Shown: positions 8,054-17,273, numbered from the stretch's first letter. The stretch is DNA of 21,676 nt from Merismopedia glauca CCAP 1448/3 (GCF_003003775.1 NZ_PVWJ01000089.1:1-21676), one strand, 5' to 3'. Numbers and translations are program-made. The notes: generated by a model from the letters alone, not told the origin.

Positions 8054-9760
8054 TTAAGAGACGATCATATGGTTTAAATGCCCAGTTAGCTCATCTTCAA
8101 GCTGAATTTGAGCGTCATTGTCGTGAATATGGCGGATAATAGCCACAACTTCGTTAGTGGCGCTAACTGTCACTCGTGCTTCATAAGTAAAAGAACCACC
8201 TAATTCGAGCATTTGATAAGAAAATAACTGCATCTTGCCAGTAAAGAGGGCTTGACGAATGCGATCGCGCCAAAGCTGTGCCACAGGCTGGGGAAAGACA
8301 TCATCGATCATTTGACTGAGAAGTTCGTTAGAGCCAATTGGAGAGTTAACCCCTGGTGCAACTCGGTAATTAACAAATTTACCCTCTCCGTCAATCCGAA
8401 AGATCCAGTCAGGAATCACATTCAGTAGAGATTGATTGGTAGCTCGGCTAGATTGTAAAGCATTTTCTAGTTGTTTTTTCAGTTGAATGTTCTCTTGTAG
8501 TTGATTTTGCACTTGTTCTAATTCTCTAGTTAGTCGCGCGATGCGTTCTTCTAAGCTTTTGTGTTTATTCAAAAGTGGAAGAGTAGGTACTTGAAGGCGA
8601 TCGACTTCAGAACCTTGACAAATCAGCATCACTACTACCCCCTCATCGTCTTTAATGGGTTTGAGCGAAAACTGAAGAGTATTTAGCTGATGATTCAACT
8701 TTGGTAGCTGCATTTCTTCGCGAACGAACTCACCCTTTACCGCTTGATTAATAGCTTCTTGCCAACGAGTTTGAGCCTCTGGAAAACTATTCCACCATTT
8801 AGTTGCCCAAAATAGTTGATTAGCAATTTCTGGCTGTGTCACTGCCACTAAATCTAGAGCCATGCGGTTAGCTTCAATAATTCTACCTTCTGGTGTTAAT
8901 AACCAGACCAAATCGAGTCCTCTTTCAAACAGTAACTCCCACCGTTGTTGACGCTGTTTTAAGGTAGTTTCTAACTGATGGCGCTCTGTGATATCGATCG
9001 CATAAGTTCTGACCAATTCGCTAGCGTGTATGTAGTGGATATGCTGGTGAAAAACTCGGTTATTGAACGTAATTTCCCGACATAATTCAGCATCTTGGCG
9101 ATCGGTAATCGTTTCTAGCAGTCCCGATCCTAAAGGGTGTTGAGAGCCTATTTTTCTGAGTTCAGGAAACTGGGAAATTGCTGCGGGGTTGAGATAAGTA
9201 ATATTTCCAGCTAAATCCATTTCCCACATAGGATGGGTGAACATTTCTGGGAAAGAAGCTAGGCGCACTAAAGCCGCTTCACTAATATGGCAGGCATCTT
9301 GACTGGGTAAAGTAGAGTCAGTAAAAGGATTGTTTAACTGAGATAAGAAACCAGACACCTCATCATCATTACATAACTTTAAACCATCTAAATCTGACAT
9401 TTTGGCAACTGCATAGTAGCGAGCCTTAACATGACGACCAAAAACAATTGCATCTCCATGTTGTAAGTCGTGAGTCGCAGCAGTTTTACCATTCACCGTC
9501 ATCCCATTAGTACTGCGTTTAGCTAGTAAATTGCCATCTACTATCCGAAATTGATGAGTGCTACTTTCTGGTCTAGTCACCCGCAGCAAAGTTGCATGAT
9601 GCCGAGAAACCATCTGAGAGAAAAGTACAATTGAGTTACTTAAATCTCGACCTAAAGTATAACTGGCAGACTCCAAGTGGATCAGCCGCTTACCTTTGAG
9701 GTCTTCAATCAATAGTAAATGAGAGATCGTTTCTAATTCGCTAGATAAATCTGGCTTCAC
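8054..9760 (-). CDS. FHA-domain protein with two PAS/PAC-like domains flanking a coiled coil. No recognisable output domain.
   Basis: 568 aa. N-terminal FHA (YTLGRDLSNSIVLFSQMVSRHHATLL...NGMTVNGKTAA...GDAIVFG). Central PAS-like region with a Gln/Leu-rich coiled coil (RLTRELEQVQNQLQENIQLKKQLENALQ). C-terminal PAS-like segment. It converges on the histidine kinase with a 24-nt gap. Confidence 0.75.
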   Translation of the reverse strand: MKPDLSSELETISHLLLIEDLKGKRLIHLESASYTLGRDLSNSIVLFSQMVSRHHATLLRVTRPESSTHQFRIVDGNLLAKRSTNGMTVNGKTAATHDLQHGDAIVFGRHVKARYYAVAKMSDLDGLKLCNDDEVSGFLSQLNNPFTDSTLPSQDACHISEAALVRLASFPEMFTHPMWEMDLAGNITYLNPAAISQFPELRKIGSQHPLGSGLLETITDRQDAELCREITFNNRVFHQHIHYIHASELVRTYAIDITERHQLETTLKQRQQRWELLFERGLDLVWLLTPEGRIIEANRMALDLVAVTQPEIANQLFWATKWWNSFPEAQTRWQEAINQAVKGEFVREEMQLPKLNHQLNTLQFSLKPIKDDEGVVVMLICQGSEVDRLQVPTLPLLNKHKSLEERIARLTRELEQVQNQLQENIQLKKQLENALQSSRATNQSLLNVIPDWIFRIDGEGKFVNYRVAPGVNSPIGSNELLSQMIDDVFPQPVAQLWRDRIRQALFTGKMQLFSYQMLELGGSFTYEARVTVSATNEVVAIIRHIHDNDAQIQLEDELTGHLNHMIVS

Positions 9761-9987
9761 AATTAACTCACCACAGAACTAGGTTGAAAAGATGGGGACA
9801 TAGACGCTTTCAAGCATAATCTCGCTCGGAAAAAAGATTTAGGGGCATTGCCCTGAACCGTTCGACAAGCTCACGGTTTCACTTGTCTAAGGGTTATTAG
9901 AGAGAGCTTCTATTAGAGAGTACCCGTCAGATCTAGCCAATCGATCGCAATTGTCATCTAATTTACTGTGTAGCAATTGAGTCAAGC

Positions 9988-10014
9988 AAAAAAAACAGGC
10001 GATCGCTTCGCCTG
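9988..10014 (-). terminator. Rho-independent terminator of the petC-petA operon
   Basis: Read on the minus strand: CAGGCGA-AGCGA-TCGCCTG (7-bp GC-rich stem, 5-nt loop) followed by TTTTTTTT. It lies about 125 nt downstream of the petA stop. Confidence 0.6.
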
Positions 10015-10090
10015 TCAAAATTTCAGCCATTTCAGCCATTTACGATCAAAACTCTATACCAGTCACCAGAATAGTTAAGAGTAAATTTTC

Positions 10091-10127
10091 CTGACTTCTG
10101 ACTTCTGTACAGACGTAGCGTCTGTAC
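10091..10127. repeat. STRR heptamer tandem (CTTCTGA, about 2.5 copies) fused to a perfect 9-bp-stem hairpin, GTACAGACG-TAG-CGTCTGTAC. Copy 1 of a dispersed element.
   Basis: The 19-mer ACTTCTGTACAGACGTAGC at 10101..10119 recurs exactly at 14329..14347. Here it sits immediately after the petA stop. Confidence 0.5.
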
Positions 10128-10139
10128 GAATGACTTATT

Positions 10140-11129
10140 TTATAAATCCATCTCAGCCGCTTGGACTTTCTCTACTTGTTTCTTCTTAAGAATTAACATG
10201 ACTTGAGATAGCATTACTGCGACTAAGAACGCAACCAACCATTGAATGCGGACGGGATCTTGAAGGACAATTTCTCCATCAACCTGTCCAAAACCACCTA
10301 CATTAGGGTTGTTGGTTAAAGCATCGCCAGCTTTGACGGTTTGACCTTCGGAGACTACTAACTCTAAACCAGCAGGGATAGCTTCTACTTTAGCGTCACC
10401 AGTTTCTGGTTGAATGGTAACTTGATAGCCGCCATTTTCTACCGTTGAAACTTGACTAATTTTTCCAGCTACAGTAGCAGTATAAACAGTATTATTGGTC
10501 TTTTCACCCGTAGGATAGAGTTGACCGCGACCTCGGTTACCGCCAACGTGGACTGAATATTTACCAAAGGAAACACTCTTGTCGGTTCTGGGGTCTGGAG
10601 AGAGGACGGGGAAGACAATTTCTTGATATTGATCGCCTGGTAGGGGACCTACGATTACTACGTTGTCTTTGTCTTCTTTATATTTTTGGACGTAAACCCC
10701 TTGGGTTTTCTCTTTGAGTTCTTCGGGGATTCTATCTTCAGGAGCAATCTTGAAGCCTTCAGGTAACATCAAGACAGCACCGACTTGCAAACCACCTTTA
10801 GAACCGTCTCCTAAGAGTTCTTGAGCGCTTTTATCGTAGGGAATCTTAACTACAGCTTCAAATACTGTATCTGGCTTCACCGATTGAGGGATTTCTATTT
10901 CTGTCGGTTTAGCAGCTAGGTGACAGTTAGCGCAAACAATTCTACCTGTGGCTTCGCGGGGGGTTTCTGGGGCAGTTTGTTGCGCCCAGAAAGGATATGC
11001 GCTAGCTGCTTGAGGAAAGACTAAATCTTGAGTTAGGAAAAAGGTGAAGGTGGCGATCGCAACTAGTAAACCTTTAGCTATAGCCCGCTTACTGTTGGTA
11101 AACTTCGCTGATATACAAGCTTTTTTCAT
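10140..11129 (-). CDS. petA: Apocytochrome f precursor (cytochrome b6f complex)
   Basis: 329 aa. Signal peptide, then the mature N-terminus [28 protein letters not shown] (heme-binding CxxCH). C-terminal TM anchor [23 protein letters not shown]. Confidence 0.92.
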   Translation of the reverse strand: MKKACISAKFTNSKRAIAKGLLVAIATFTFFLTQDLVFPQAASAYPFWAQQTAPETPREATGRIVCANCHLAAKPTEIEIPQSVKPDTVFEAVVKIPYDKSAQELLGDGSKGGLQVGAVLMLPEGFKIAPEDRIPEELKEKTQGVYVQKYKEDKDNVVIVGPLPGDQYQEIVFPVLSPDPRTDKSVSFGKYSVHVGGNRGRGQLYPTGEKTNNTVYTATVAGKISQVSTVENGGYQVTIQPETGDAKVEAIPAGLELVVSEGQTVKAGDALTNNPNVGGFGQVDGEIVLQDPVRIQWLVAFLVAVMLSQVMLILKKKQVEKVQAAEMDL

Positions 11130-11215
11130 TGGATAATTTTCAGACCATGCAACGACTGGTAAAACAAAAGATTCCGATCTTTGAAGAGCAAGTCAGGACT
11201 CGATCTCAAAACTTA

Positions 11216-11758
11216 CTAAGCCCACCAAGGTTCTTCGTTGGTGCGGAAATCAGTTTCTGTCCAAGGAGTAAAGGAAACCTTATCATCTGGGGTAGCTGTA
11301 GCGTGTGCTAGGGCTAAAGATAGAGGTGCCGGGCCTCGAACAACTTTACCAGTGCTATCGTATTGAGAGCCGTGACAAGGGCATTTAAACTTGTTTTCGC
11401 TACCATTCCAAGGAACGACACATCCTAGGTGGGTACAGACAGCGTTGATGCCATAATCAACTATGGCATTGTCTCCTGCCATAACTACATAAGTTGGATC
11501 GCCTTTGAGTCCTTGAGCTAAAACGCGATCGCCTGCTTTATGACTGGCTAAAAACTCACTAACTTTGAAGTCATTTCCCAGAGCATCTTTGGCGATTACT
11601 CCACCCCCAGCACCACCGCTAGATGGTGGAATAAAGTATTTAATCACTGGGTAAAGGGCACCTAAAGCTGTTCCAGTCACGGTGCCGAAGGTCAAAAGGT
11701 TCATGAATTGGCGACGCCCCAGATCGGGCACATCTGCGGAACCAGAAAGTTGAGCCAT
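11216..11758 (-). CDS. petC: Rieske [2Fe-2S] iron-sulfur subunit of the cytochrome b6f complex
   Basis: 180 aa. Starts [25 protein letters not shown]. Rieske boxes CTHLGCVV and CPCHGSQY. Lies 86 nt upstream of petA on the same strand, the classic petCA operon. Confidence 0.92.
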   Translation of the reverse strand: MAQLSGSADVPDLGRRQFMNLLTFGTVTGTALGALYPVIKYFIPPSSGGAGGGVIAKDALGNDFKVSEFLASHKAGDRVLAQGLKGDPTYVVMAGDNAIVDYGINAVCTHLGCVVPWNGSENKFKCPCHGSQYDSTGKVVRGPAPLSLALAHATATPDDKVSFTPWTETDFRTNEEPWWA

Positions 11759-11968
11759 AAGTTAACGCCTGATTATATGTTTTCCTCTCCACAACTCTGG
11801 GAAAAATCCCAGAATATTCTGAACTCTGCTCGATTGATTTGGGGCTGTCATCTAAGAGCAGAGTTGCCACAATCCCTTGACGATTAAGGGTTACAGACTA
11901 TTAATCGTATTATTGCATTCTTTGGCGCTCTCATACTCGTCTCAATCTAGGAAAAATTACTCGTAAAA

Positions 11969-12367
11969 TTGGAAAACAAGAACATGAAAACTTTGGCTCT
12001 TCGTGTCGTTTTCTGCTTAGCTATCAGCAGCTTCGGGATTTATGTTTGGGGGAAATCTATGACGGGAAATGAACTGCGACAAATTATTCAAGATAAGTGG
12101 GGATATTCTTACGACGTTCAGTTCCGGCGTTTACATGGCAAAATTTTTGTCCAGGTGATGTGGAGATATTTAGAACAAGCGTCATTTCCCCTATCTGAAA
12201 CTGATTACCTCGCTCATTTAGACCAAGTGGGTAGCTATCTTGATGCTTGGGGTGGTGTTTCTCAATTTCGCGAATTCATTGAGTCTACTCGCGATCGCCC
12301 GCGTTTGGGTAAAGCTGTCAGTATTCCCCTAGATTTAGGTCAAAGAGCTTCTGAATGGATTATATAA
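11969..12367 (+). CDS. Conserved cyanobacterial protein, DUF3067-like
   Basis: 132 aa. The core MTGNELRQIIQDKWGYSYDVQFRRLHGKIFVQVMWRYLEQASFPLSETDYLAHLDQVGSYLDAWG matches my memory of DUF3067 proteins (MTGxELRQLxxDKWGxSYDxQL...). The true start may be ATG 12059 (MTGNEL) rather than 11969, because the first 30 residues are hydrophobic and atypical. Confidence 0.55.
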   Translation: MENKNMKTLALRVVFCLAISSFGIYVWGKSMTGNELRQIIQDKWGYSYDVQFRRLHGKIFVQVMWRYLEQASFPLSETDYLAHLDQVGSYLDAWGGVSQFREFIESTRDRPRLGKAVSIPLDLGQRASEWII

Positions 12368-12421
12368 TAGAACCATATCCTTCAGAATTTCTGTATGATA
12401 TGTCTAATACCCAGCTAAACC

Positions 12422-13198
12422 CTAAAATTCCAGCGTTGCCCAATCAGACTGACGATAATAGCTAGTCATATCGTCAAATTTGCATAATTGAACTTGAGAT
12501 AGAGAAAATAGAGGGAGAGGATCGAGCAACTCTTGATTCAAATCTGATAGGGGAGGTACTTGAGGGGCGCGATCGCCTGCTAAATCGAAGTAACCTAGAG
12601 TAATATGAGCCGTAAGGCGATATTGCTGTTCGATTCCCAAACCCATGAGGGATGAGTTTTGATAGATGCAGCGACGTAACTCTAAAACTTGCTGATAAGT
12701 CTCTACTGTCTCTGGAACTAAACAAACGGCGATCGCCCTAGGCATCAGCATAAAACCCAAGATCTCCCATTTGTGAGGGGTTGTAGGCGGTTTTAATTGA
12801 CGATAGCGATCGAAGCTTTGAGCTATAGCTTCCTGTAGCTGTGCTTCCCACTCTGGATTAGCCTTAGTTAAATCTCGATAAGCACTATCCCAAACTAAAT
12901 CAGCCAAGGTGAGATGAAAGCTGTCTGAGGGGATAGGAACTAGTAGCTGCGGAGATAACATTTCTACAAGTTGAGTCTGACAAGCCTCTAACTGTTGGTA
13001 AAGTTCCGAATTTCCGGCATCTGCTTTACCAGGTGGGGTAATTACCGTGTAACCTGGAAACTTTACTGGTTGACTAGTTCCAGCCACATCACGGGCAAAT
13101 TTGGGAGAGTGCTGAATATTATCCCATTGAGACTGATAAGCTGCTGGTAAGATGAGGCGGGCTACGCGGTTGAGATAAGCTTGATACGATTCGTCCAC
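12422..13198 (-). CDS. 2H phosphoesterase superfamily protein (cyanobacterial 2H-phosphodiest/DUF1868 family)
   Basis: 258 aa. It carries the two H-x-[TS]-x motifs at the spacing typical of LigT-like 2H enzymes: FHLTLADL and AHITLGYF. Confidence 0.7.
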   Translation of the reverse strand: MDESYQAYLNRVARLILPAAYQSQWDNIQHSPKFARDVAGTSQPVKFPGYTVITPPGKADAGNSELYQQLEACQTQLVEMLSPQLLVPIPSDSFHLTLADLVWDSAYRDLTKANPEWEAQLQEAIAQSFDRYRQLKPPTTPHKWEILGFMLMPRAIAVCLVPETVETYQQVLELRRCIYQNSSLMGLGIEQQYRLTAHITLGYFDLAGDRAPQVPPLSDLNQELLDPLPLFSLSQVQLCKFDDMTSYYRQSDWATLEF

Positions 13199-13231
13199 TC
13201 TATCAGTGTCCTTGCTTGTCGGTGTACTCTA

Positions 13232-14215
13232 ATGCCAATTTATCTATTTTGGGGAGAAGATGACTTTAGTATGGCAAAAGCCATCAAAGCTCTGGAAACA
13301 TCAGCAATTGACCCCAATTGGGCTAGTTTTAACTGTGAGAAAATCTCGCCAGATAGGTCTAATCCCCTTACCGATGCTCTCAATCAGGCGATGACACCCC
13401 CCTTTGGCTCAGGGAAGCGTTTAGTTTGGCTAGTCGATGCCAATGTAACTCATCAATGCAGTGAGTCTACCTTAGCAGAGCTAGAACGAACTCTCCCCTT
13501 AATTCCTGAGTCTAGTATTTTACTGCTAACTACCCATACGAAGCCAGATCGTCGTCTTAAATCTACAAAACTTCTCGAAAAGTTTGCCCAATTTCAAGAG
13601 TTTTCTCCCATAGCACCTTGGGAAACTAAACTTTTAACCCAGCAGGTACAGAAATTTGCCAGCCAAATTGGAGTAAAACTGAATTCAGAAGCCGTAGAAG
13701 TTTTAGCTGAGGCTTTAGGTAACGATAGTAGAAGTTTATTCAGCGAACTTGAAAAACTGCGACTGTATACAGACTCAGATAGCCATATTATCAAGGGGGA
13801 AGATGTATCCCGCTTAGTCAGTGGTAGCGCCCAAAATAGCTTAGATTTAGCCAAGGCGATGCGCGCAGGTAATACAGCTTTGGCTTTGGGGTTGGTAGCT
13901 GAGTTAGATCGAATCGGGGAACCCCCTCTCAAAATTGTTGCTACCTTAATCGGACAGTTTCGCACCTGGTTATGGGTCAGATTAATGATGGCACAAGGAG
14001 AAAGAGATGACAAAGCGATCGCCCAGGCAGCAGAAATTACTAATCCAAAGCGAATTTATTTTTTGCGCCAAGAGGTTCAATCTCTATCAGTAGAACAGTT
14101 AGCCGCCACGCTACCACTGTTTTTAGAATTGGAGTTTCGCCTCAAACAAGGCGCTAATCCTTTAGCAACCATGCAATCTTACACTGTCCAGGTCTGTCAA
14201 ATTTGCCAAAAATAA
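13232..14215 (+). CDS. holA: DNA polymerase III delta subunit
   Basis: About 327 aa from ATG 13232 (MPIYLFWGEDDFSMAKAIKALE...). Clamp-loader delta features include KRLVWLVDANV and SLFSELEKLRLYT. The ORF track opens 17 codons earlier at 13181. I prefer the MPIYLFWGEDDF start, which matches the conserved delta-subunit N-terminus and removes the overlap with the divergent gene. Confidence 0.8.
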   Translation: MPIYLFWGEDDFSMAKAIKALETSAIDPNWASFNCEKISPDRSNPLTDALNQAMTPPFGSGKRLVWLVDANVTHQCSESTLAELERTLPLIPESSILLLTTHTKPDRRLKSTKLLEKFAQFQEFSPIAPWETKLLTQQVQKFASQIGVKLNSEAVEVLAEALGNDSRSLFSELEKLRLYTDSDSHIIKGEDVSRLVSGSAQNSLDLAKAMRAGNTALALGLVAELDRIGEPPLKIVATLIGQFRTWLWVRLMMAQGERDDKAIAQAAEITNPKRIYFLRQEVQSLSVEQLAATLPLFLELEFRLKQGANPLATMQSYTVQVCQICQK

Positions 14216-14328
14216 TTTAAGGGTCATTTACGGAACTTCTTTCACCCAAAATAATTCAACAACTATAGCAGTCGAACCAAAGGTTAGAACATTATTGAAG
14301 GCTAAAACCATTGATAACGATGGCATTT

Positions 14329-14364
14329 TACTTCTGTACAGACGTAGCACTGCTACGTCTCTAC
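14329..14364. repeat. Copy 2 of the dispersed ACTTCTGTACAGACGTAGC element. It forms a 12-bp stem (one mismatch) hairpin, GTACAGACGTAG-CACTG-CTACGTCTCTAC.
   Basis: Exact 19-nt identity with 10101..10119. Located between holA and the downstream secreted-protein gene. Confidence 0.5.
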
Positions 14365-14412
14365 CAATGACTTCTGCTACATAGGTTGTCTCTTGCCGAT
14401 CGAGATTTAAAG

Positions 14413-14907
14413 ATGGTTCGCTTTTTACACTATAATTTTTCTGTTCGACTATCTCGCTATTCCCTGGCTGTAGTTATAGCTAGCTTAGGTGTCTTATCTG
14501 GATTTGTCCCTACGGTTGTTGGCAAATCATCAGTTCTCGATTTTAATACATCCGCTTGGGCACAAACGCAAACTATCAGTACTGACGAAGCTAGGCGGTA
14601 TGCAGCGACGGTATTGGAAATGGAACCGTATCGTCAAGAATTTTACGCCAAAGTTAAACAAATCTTAGGTAATGGTAATGTCCCAGAGATTATTTGTACT
14701 GAGAGAAGTACATTACAAAGATTACCTCAAAAAGCTCGTCCTATAGCGGTTGACTACTGTAATCGTTATAAAAAGACGGCGACCCAGAATAATTTAACTC
14801 ATACTCGATTTAATGATATTACTGTCTGGGCACAATCTAATGAAGAGATTAGAACTTTGATTCAAAATCAACTGCTTTTATTACAAACTTCTCCGAAGAA
14901 ACGATAA
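14413..14907 (+). CDS. Secreted or periplasmic hypothetical protein, possibly DUF4168-like
   Basis: Start chosen at ATG 14413 (MVRFLHYNFSVRLSRYSLAVVIASLGVLSGFVPTVVG, a signal-peptide-like N-terminus). The ORF track uses TTG 14386. Two loosely repeated helical segments (ISTDEARRYAATVLEMEPYRQEF..., ITVWAQSNEEIRTLIQNQLLLLQ) resemble DUF4168. That assignment is from memory and weak. Confidence 0.5.
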   Translation: MVRFLHYNFSVRLSRYSLAVVIASLGVLSGFVPTVVGKSSVLDFNTSAWAQTQTISTDEARRYAATVLEMEPYRQEFYAKVKQILGNGNVPEIICTERSTLQRLPQKARPIAVDYCNRYKKTATQNNLTHTRFNDITVWAQSNEEIRTLIQNQLLLLQTSPKKR

Positions 14908-14913
14908 TTTTCA

Positions 14914-14936
14914 GAAGGAAGAAGGAAGAAGGAAAG
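14914..14936. repeat. STRR heptamer tandem repeat, GAAGGAA x3
   Basis: GAAGGAAGAAGGAAGAAGGAAAG lies directly after the stop codon of the preceding gene. Confidence 0.6.
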
Positions 14937-15085
14937 ATAAATATACAAGCACAGATCAATTCCGGCGATTAAAATCGCGGCTATACAGACAAAAACCGCC
15001 TGCGCGGGTTCAATAACTCGATATTTTCCGCAGTTTGCGTAGGCAGACTACCCTGCGGGAAGGCTGCGTCTATGATTCTGTAGGT

Positions 15086-15099
15086 GCGGTTGCAACCGC
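15086..15099. promoter_or_regulatory. Perfect 14-nt palindrome, GCGGTTGCAACCGC, 28 nt upstream of the aldehyde dehydrogenase start. Candidate operator or small hairpin.
   Basis: It is its own reverse complement. It is embedded in a GC-rich segment (14960..15105) that shares motifs with the 5599..5790 element. It is followed by CAGCTTTT, so it could instead be a weak terminator for the upstream gene. Confidence 0.3.
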
Positions 15100-15126
15100 C
15101 AGCTTTTCTAAACTCATAATTTGACT

Positions 15127-16509
15127 ATGCTAAAAATATCACTTTCGGAAAATGTCGCCAACTTACAGCGTCAATTTTTTGCGACTGGAAAAACCCTAAA
15201 TTTAGATTTTAGGATTGCACAACTCAAAATTCTAAAACAAGCAATTTTAGACAATGAAGAGGAAATTTTTGGAGCTTTAAAAGCTGATTTAAACAAACCT
15301 CACTTTGAAACATATTTATCAGAAATTTTCCTAGCTGTTAAAGAGATAGATTACACTATCAAACATTTAGCAAAATGGGTTAAACCACGCAAAATATCTA
15401 CCCCGATCGCCCAATTTCCTGCTACTTGTAAAATCTATCCCGAACCTTTAGGAGTAGTTTTAATTATCGGGGCTTGGAATTATCCAATTAACTTGACAAT
15501 ATTACCTTTAGTAGGGGCGATCGCTGCTGGAAACTGTGCCGTTATTAAGCCATCAGAAATCGCGGAAAATAGCTCCCATATAATCGGCAAAATTATCTCT
15601 AAATATTTCGATCAAAGTTATATTACTGTAGTCGAAGGAGATAAACATACTACCCAAGAACTAATTAATCAAAAGTTTGACCATATCCTCTTTACGGGTA
15701 GTCCCACTGTCGGCAAAATGATTATGAAAGCTGCTGCCGAACACCTAACACCAGTTACCCTAGAATTAGGAGGTAAAAGCCCTTGTATTGTTGAACCGAA
15801 TCCTAACTTGGAATACACTGCTAAAAGAATTGTTTGGGGTAAGTTTATTAATGGCGGACAAACCTGTATTGCCCCAGATTACTTACTAGTAAATCACCAA
15901 ATTAAAGACCAATTAATTAAGCAAATAAAAACCTGTATTCAAGAGTTTTTTGGTAACAATCCCTCGGAGAGTCCAGATTATACGAGAATTATCAATCAAA
16001 AACAATTTAATCGCTTATCTCACTTATTATCCGAGTGTAAAATTATTATTGGTGGCGCAAAAAACCACGAAGATTTATATATTGAACCGACCTTAGTTGA
16101 GTGCTTCAATCTAGAAAATCCACTCTTAAACGAAGAAATTTTTGGACCTATATTACCTGTAGTCGAATATACAGAATTAGCCGAGGCGATCGCTTACATT
16201 AACTCTAGACCAAAACCCTTAGCCCTGTACTTTTTCTCCCATGACAAAAACCAGCAACAACAAGTTTTAGAATCCACTTCTTCTGGTGGTGTTTCTATCA
16301 ACTATACAATGATGCATTCTACAGTCCCAGGATTGCCCTTTGGAGGTGTAGGAAATAGCGGTACAGGGGCATATCATGGTAAAGCTGGTTTCGATACTTT
16401 TTCCCACTCAAAAAGCGTCTTACAAAAACCTTTTTGGATAGATTTATCGTTGTTATATCCGCCTTACCAAGACAAAATCAAGTGGTTAAAACTATTAATT
16501 AGAATTTAG
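15127..16509 (+). CDS. Aldehyde dehydrogenase family protein (class 3 / fatty-aldehyde dehydrogenase-like, NAD(P)+-dependent)
   Basis: About 460 aa from ATG 15127. Catalytic Glu motif LELGGKSP and catalytic Cys motif GQTCIAPDY. Rossmann GxxxxG-type FTGSPTVGK. The C-terminal hydrophobic tail is typical of ALDH3-type enzymes. Confidence 0.9.
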   Translation: MLKISLSENVANLQRQFFATGKTLNLDFRIAQLKILKQAILDNEEEIFGALKADLNKPHFETYLSEIFLAVKEIDYTIKHLAKWVKPRKISTPIAQFPATCKIYPEPLGVVLIIGAWNYPINLTILPLVGAIAAGNCAVIKPSEIAENSSHIIGKIISKYFDQSYITVVEGDKHTTQELINQKFDHILFTGSPTVGKMIMKAAAEHLTPVTLELGGKSPCIVEPNPNLEYTAKRIVWGKFINGGQTCIAPDYLLVNHQIKDQLIKQIKTCIQEFFGNNPSESPDYTRIINQKQFNRLSHLLSECKIIIGGAKNHEDLYIEPTLVECFNLENPLLNEEIFGPILPVVEYTELAEAIAYINSRPKPLALYFFSHDKNQQQQVLESTSSGGVSINYTMMHSTVPGLPFGGVGNSGTGAYHGKAGFDTFSHSKSVLQKPFWIDLSLLYPPYQDKIKWLKLLIRI

Positions 16510-16585
16510 ACTGGGGATTGGTTGACAGCTTATGTTTTTAAGGAAGTGTTCCCTGAGTCCAAAACGGGTGACGAGAGATTGAGCT

Positions 16586-16647
16586 TTGTCCCCCTTGTCC
16601 CCCTTGTGAGGGAGGACAAGGGGGATACCTCATCCTTCATCCTTCAC
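16586..16647. repeat. STRR cluster forming a strong GC-rich hairpin between the convergent aldehyde dehydrogenase and ndhN genes
   Basis: TTGTCCCCC x2 tandem. TCCCCCTTGTCC (16589..16600) pairs perfectly with GGACAAGGGGGA (16614..16625), a 12-bp stem. CATCCTT x2 heptamer tandem follows at 16631..16647. Confidence 0.6.
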
Positions 16648-16688
16648 TCAACCAAGAATTTCAGTATTTACGCCAGAGATCTAGTCTC

Positions 16689-17165
16689 TTAAGCAGCTTG
16701 AGTTGCTGCGTCTAATGTTGTCCAACGGAAGTAGCGTTCTCCTCCCATTTCTATAGCTACTTTAACTCTAGGTTCTAATTCCGACAAACTAGCTAAAAAC
16801 TGTAATTCCTGACGAGACAAGACTTGTCCATCGACAATCCACAAGACTAAACCTTTAGATTTAGGTGGTAATTGTTCTAACTGATAACTAATAATTGGGG
16901 GTACATAGTAAATATTGCCGACAGCGCCTTCTTTACCTATATTCTTCTTACCCAAGTGGGGAGGACGTACCCCATGCACTCCCATGAGATAACTAGATAA
17001 GTCTCCCAAACCTCTGGCTAATAGCCTTAAGGTAGTATATCCAGATGCACGCAAACGTCGCTGATAGCGCCCTTCGTAGCCTCCTTCTAGAGGTGTGTAA
17101 AGTGCCAAAGCGCCAGATTTCTCTAAATCGCGGATAAATTTTCTACCAGTTACCAGCAGTGGCAT
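16689..17165 (-). CDS. ndhN: NAD(P)H-quinone oxidoreductase subunit N (cyanobacterial NDH-1 complex)
   Basis: 158 aa. N-terminus MPLLVTGRKFIRDLEKSGALALYTPLEGGYEGRYQRRLRASGY is the conserved NdhN signature. Confidence 0.85.
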   Translation of the reverse strand: MPLLVTGRKFIRDLEKSGALALYTPLEGGYEGRYQRRLRASGYTTLRLLARGLGDLSSYLMGVHGVRPPHLGKKNIGKEGAVGNIYYVPPIISYQLEQLPPKSKGLVLWIVDGQVLSRQELQFLASLSELEPRVKVAIEMGGERYFRWTTLDAATQAA

Positions 17166-17273
17166 AATTTTGATGATTTCCTACAAAGCATAAACTATCG
17201 GCTGGTTTTCACAACGCCTTTGTAAATACCATTGCCTTGTTCTAATTGTGTCATATCCCTTTACAGAACCCAA

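Noticed and set aside
11830-11850. tmRNA-like GGGGCTG motif
   Set aside because: Only the first 7 nt resemble a tmRNA 5' end. There is no tRNA-like 3' end (GGTTCGAnTCC...CCA) downstream, and it lies inside the petC leader.
11129-11870. ORFs 11129..11311 (+, 60 aa) and 11640..11870 (-, 76 aa)
   Set aside because: They overlap petC in other frames or strands. petC is unambiguous, and these products have no recognisable features.
12474-14013. ORFs 12474..12725 (-, 83 aa) and 13594..14013 (-, 139 aa)
   Set aside because: The first is an alternative frame inside the 2H-phosphoesterase gene. The second is antisense inside holA. Both are Ser/Arg-rich shadow frames.
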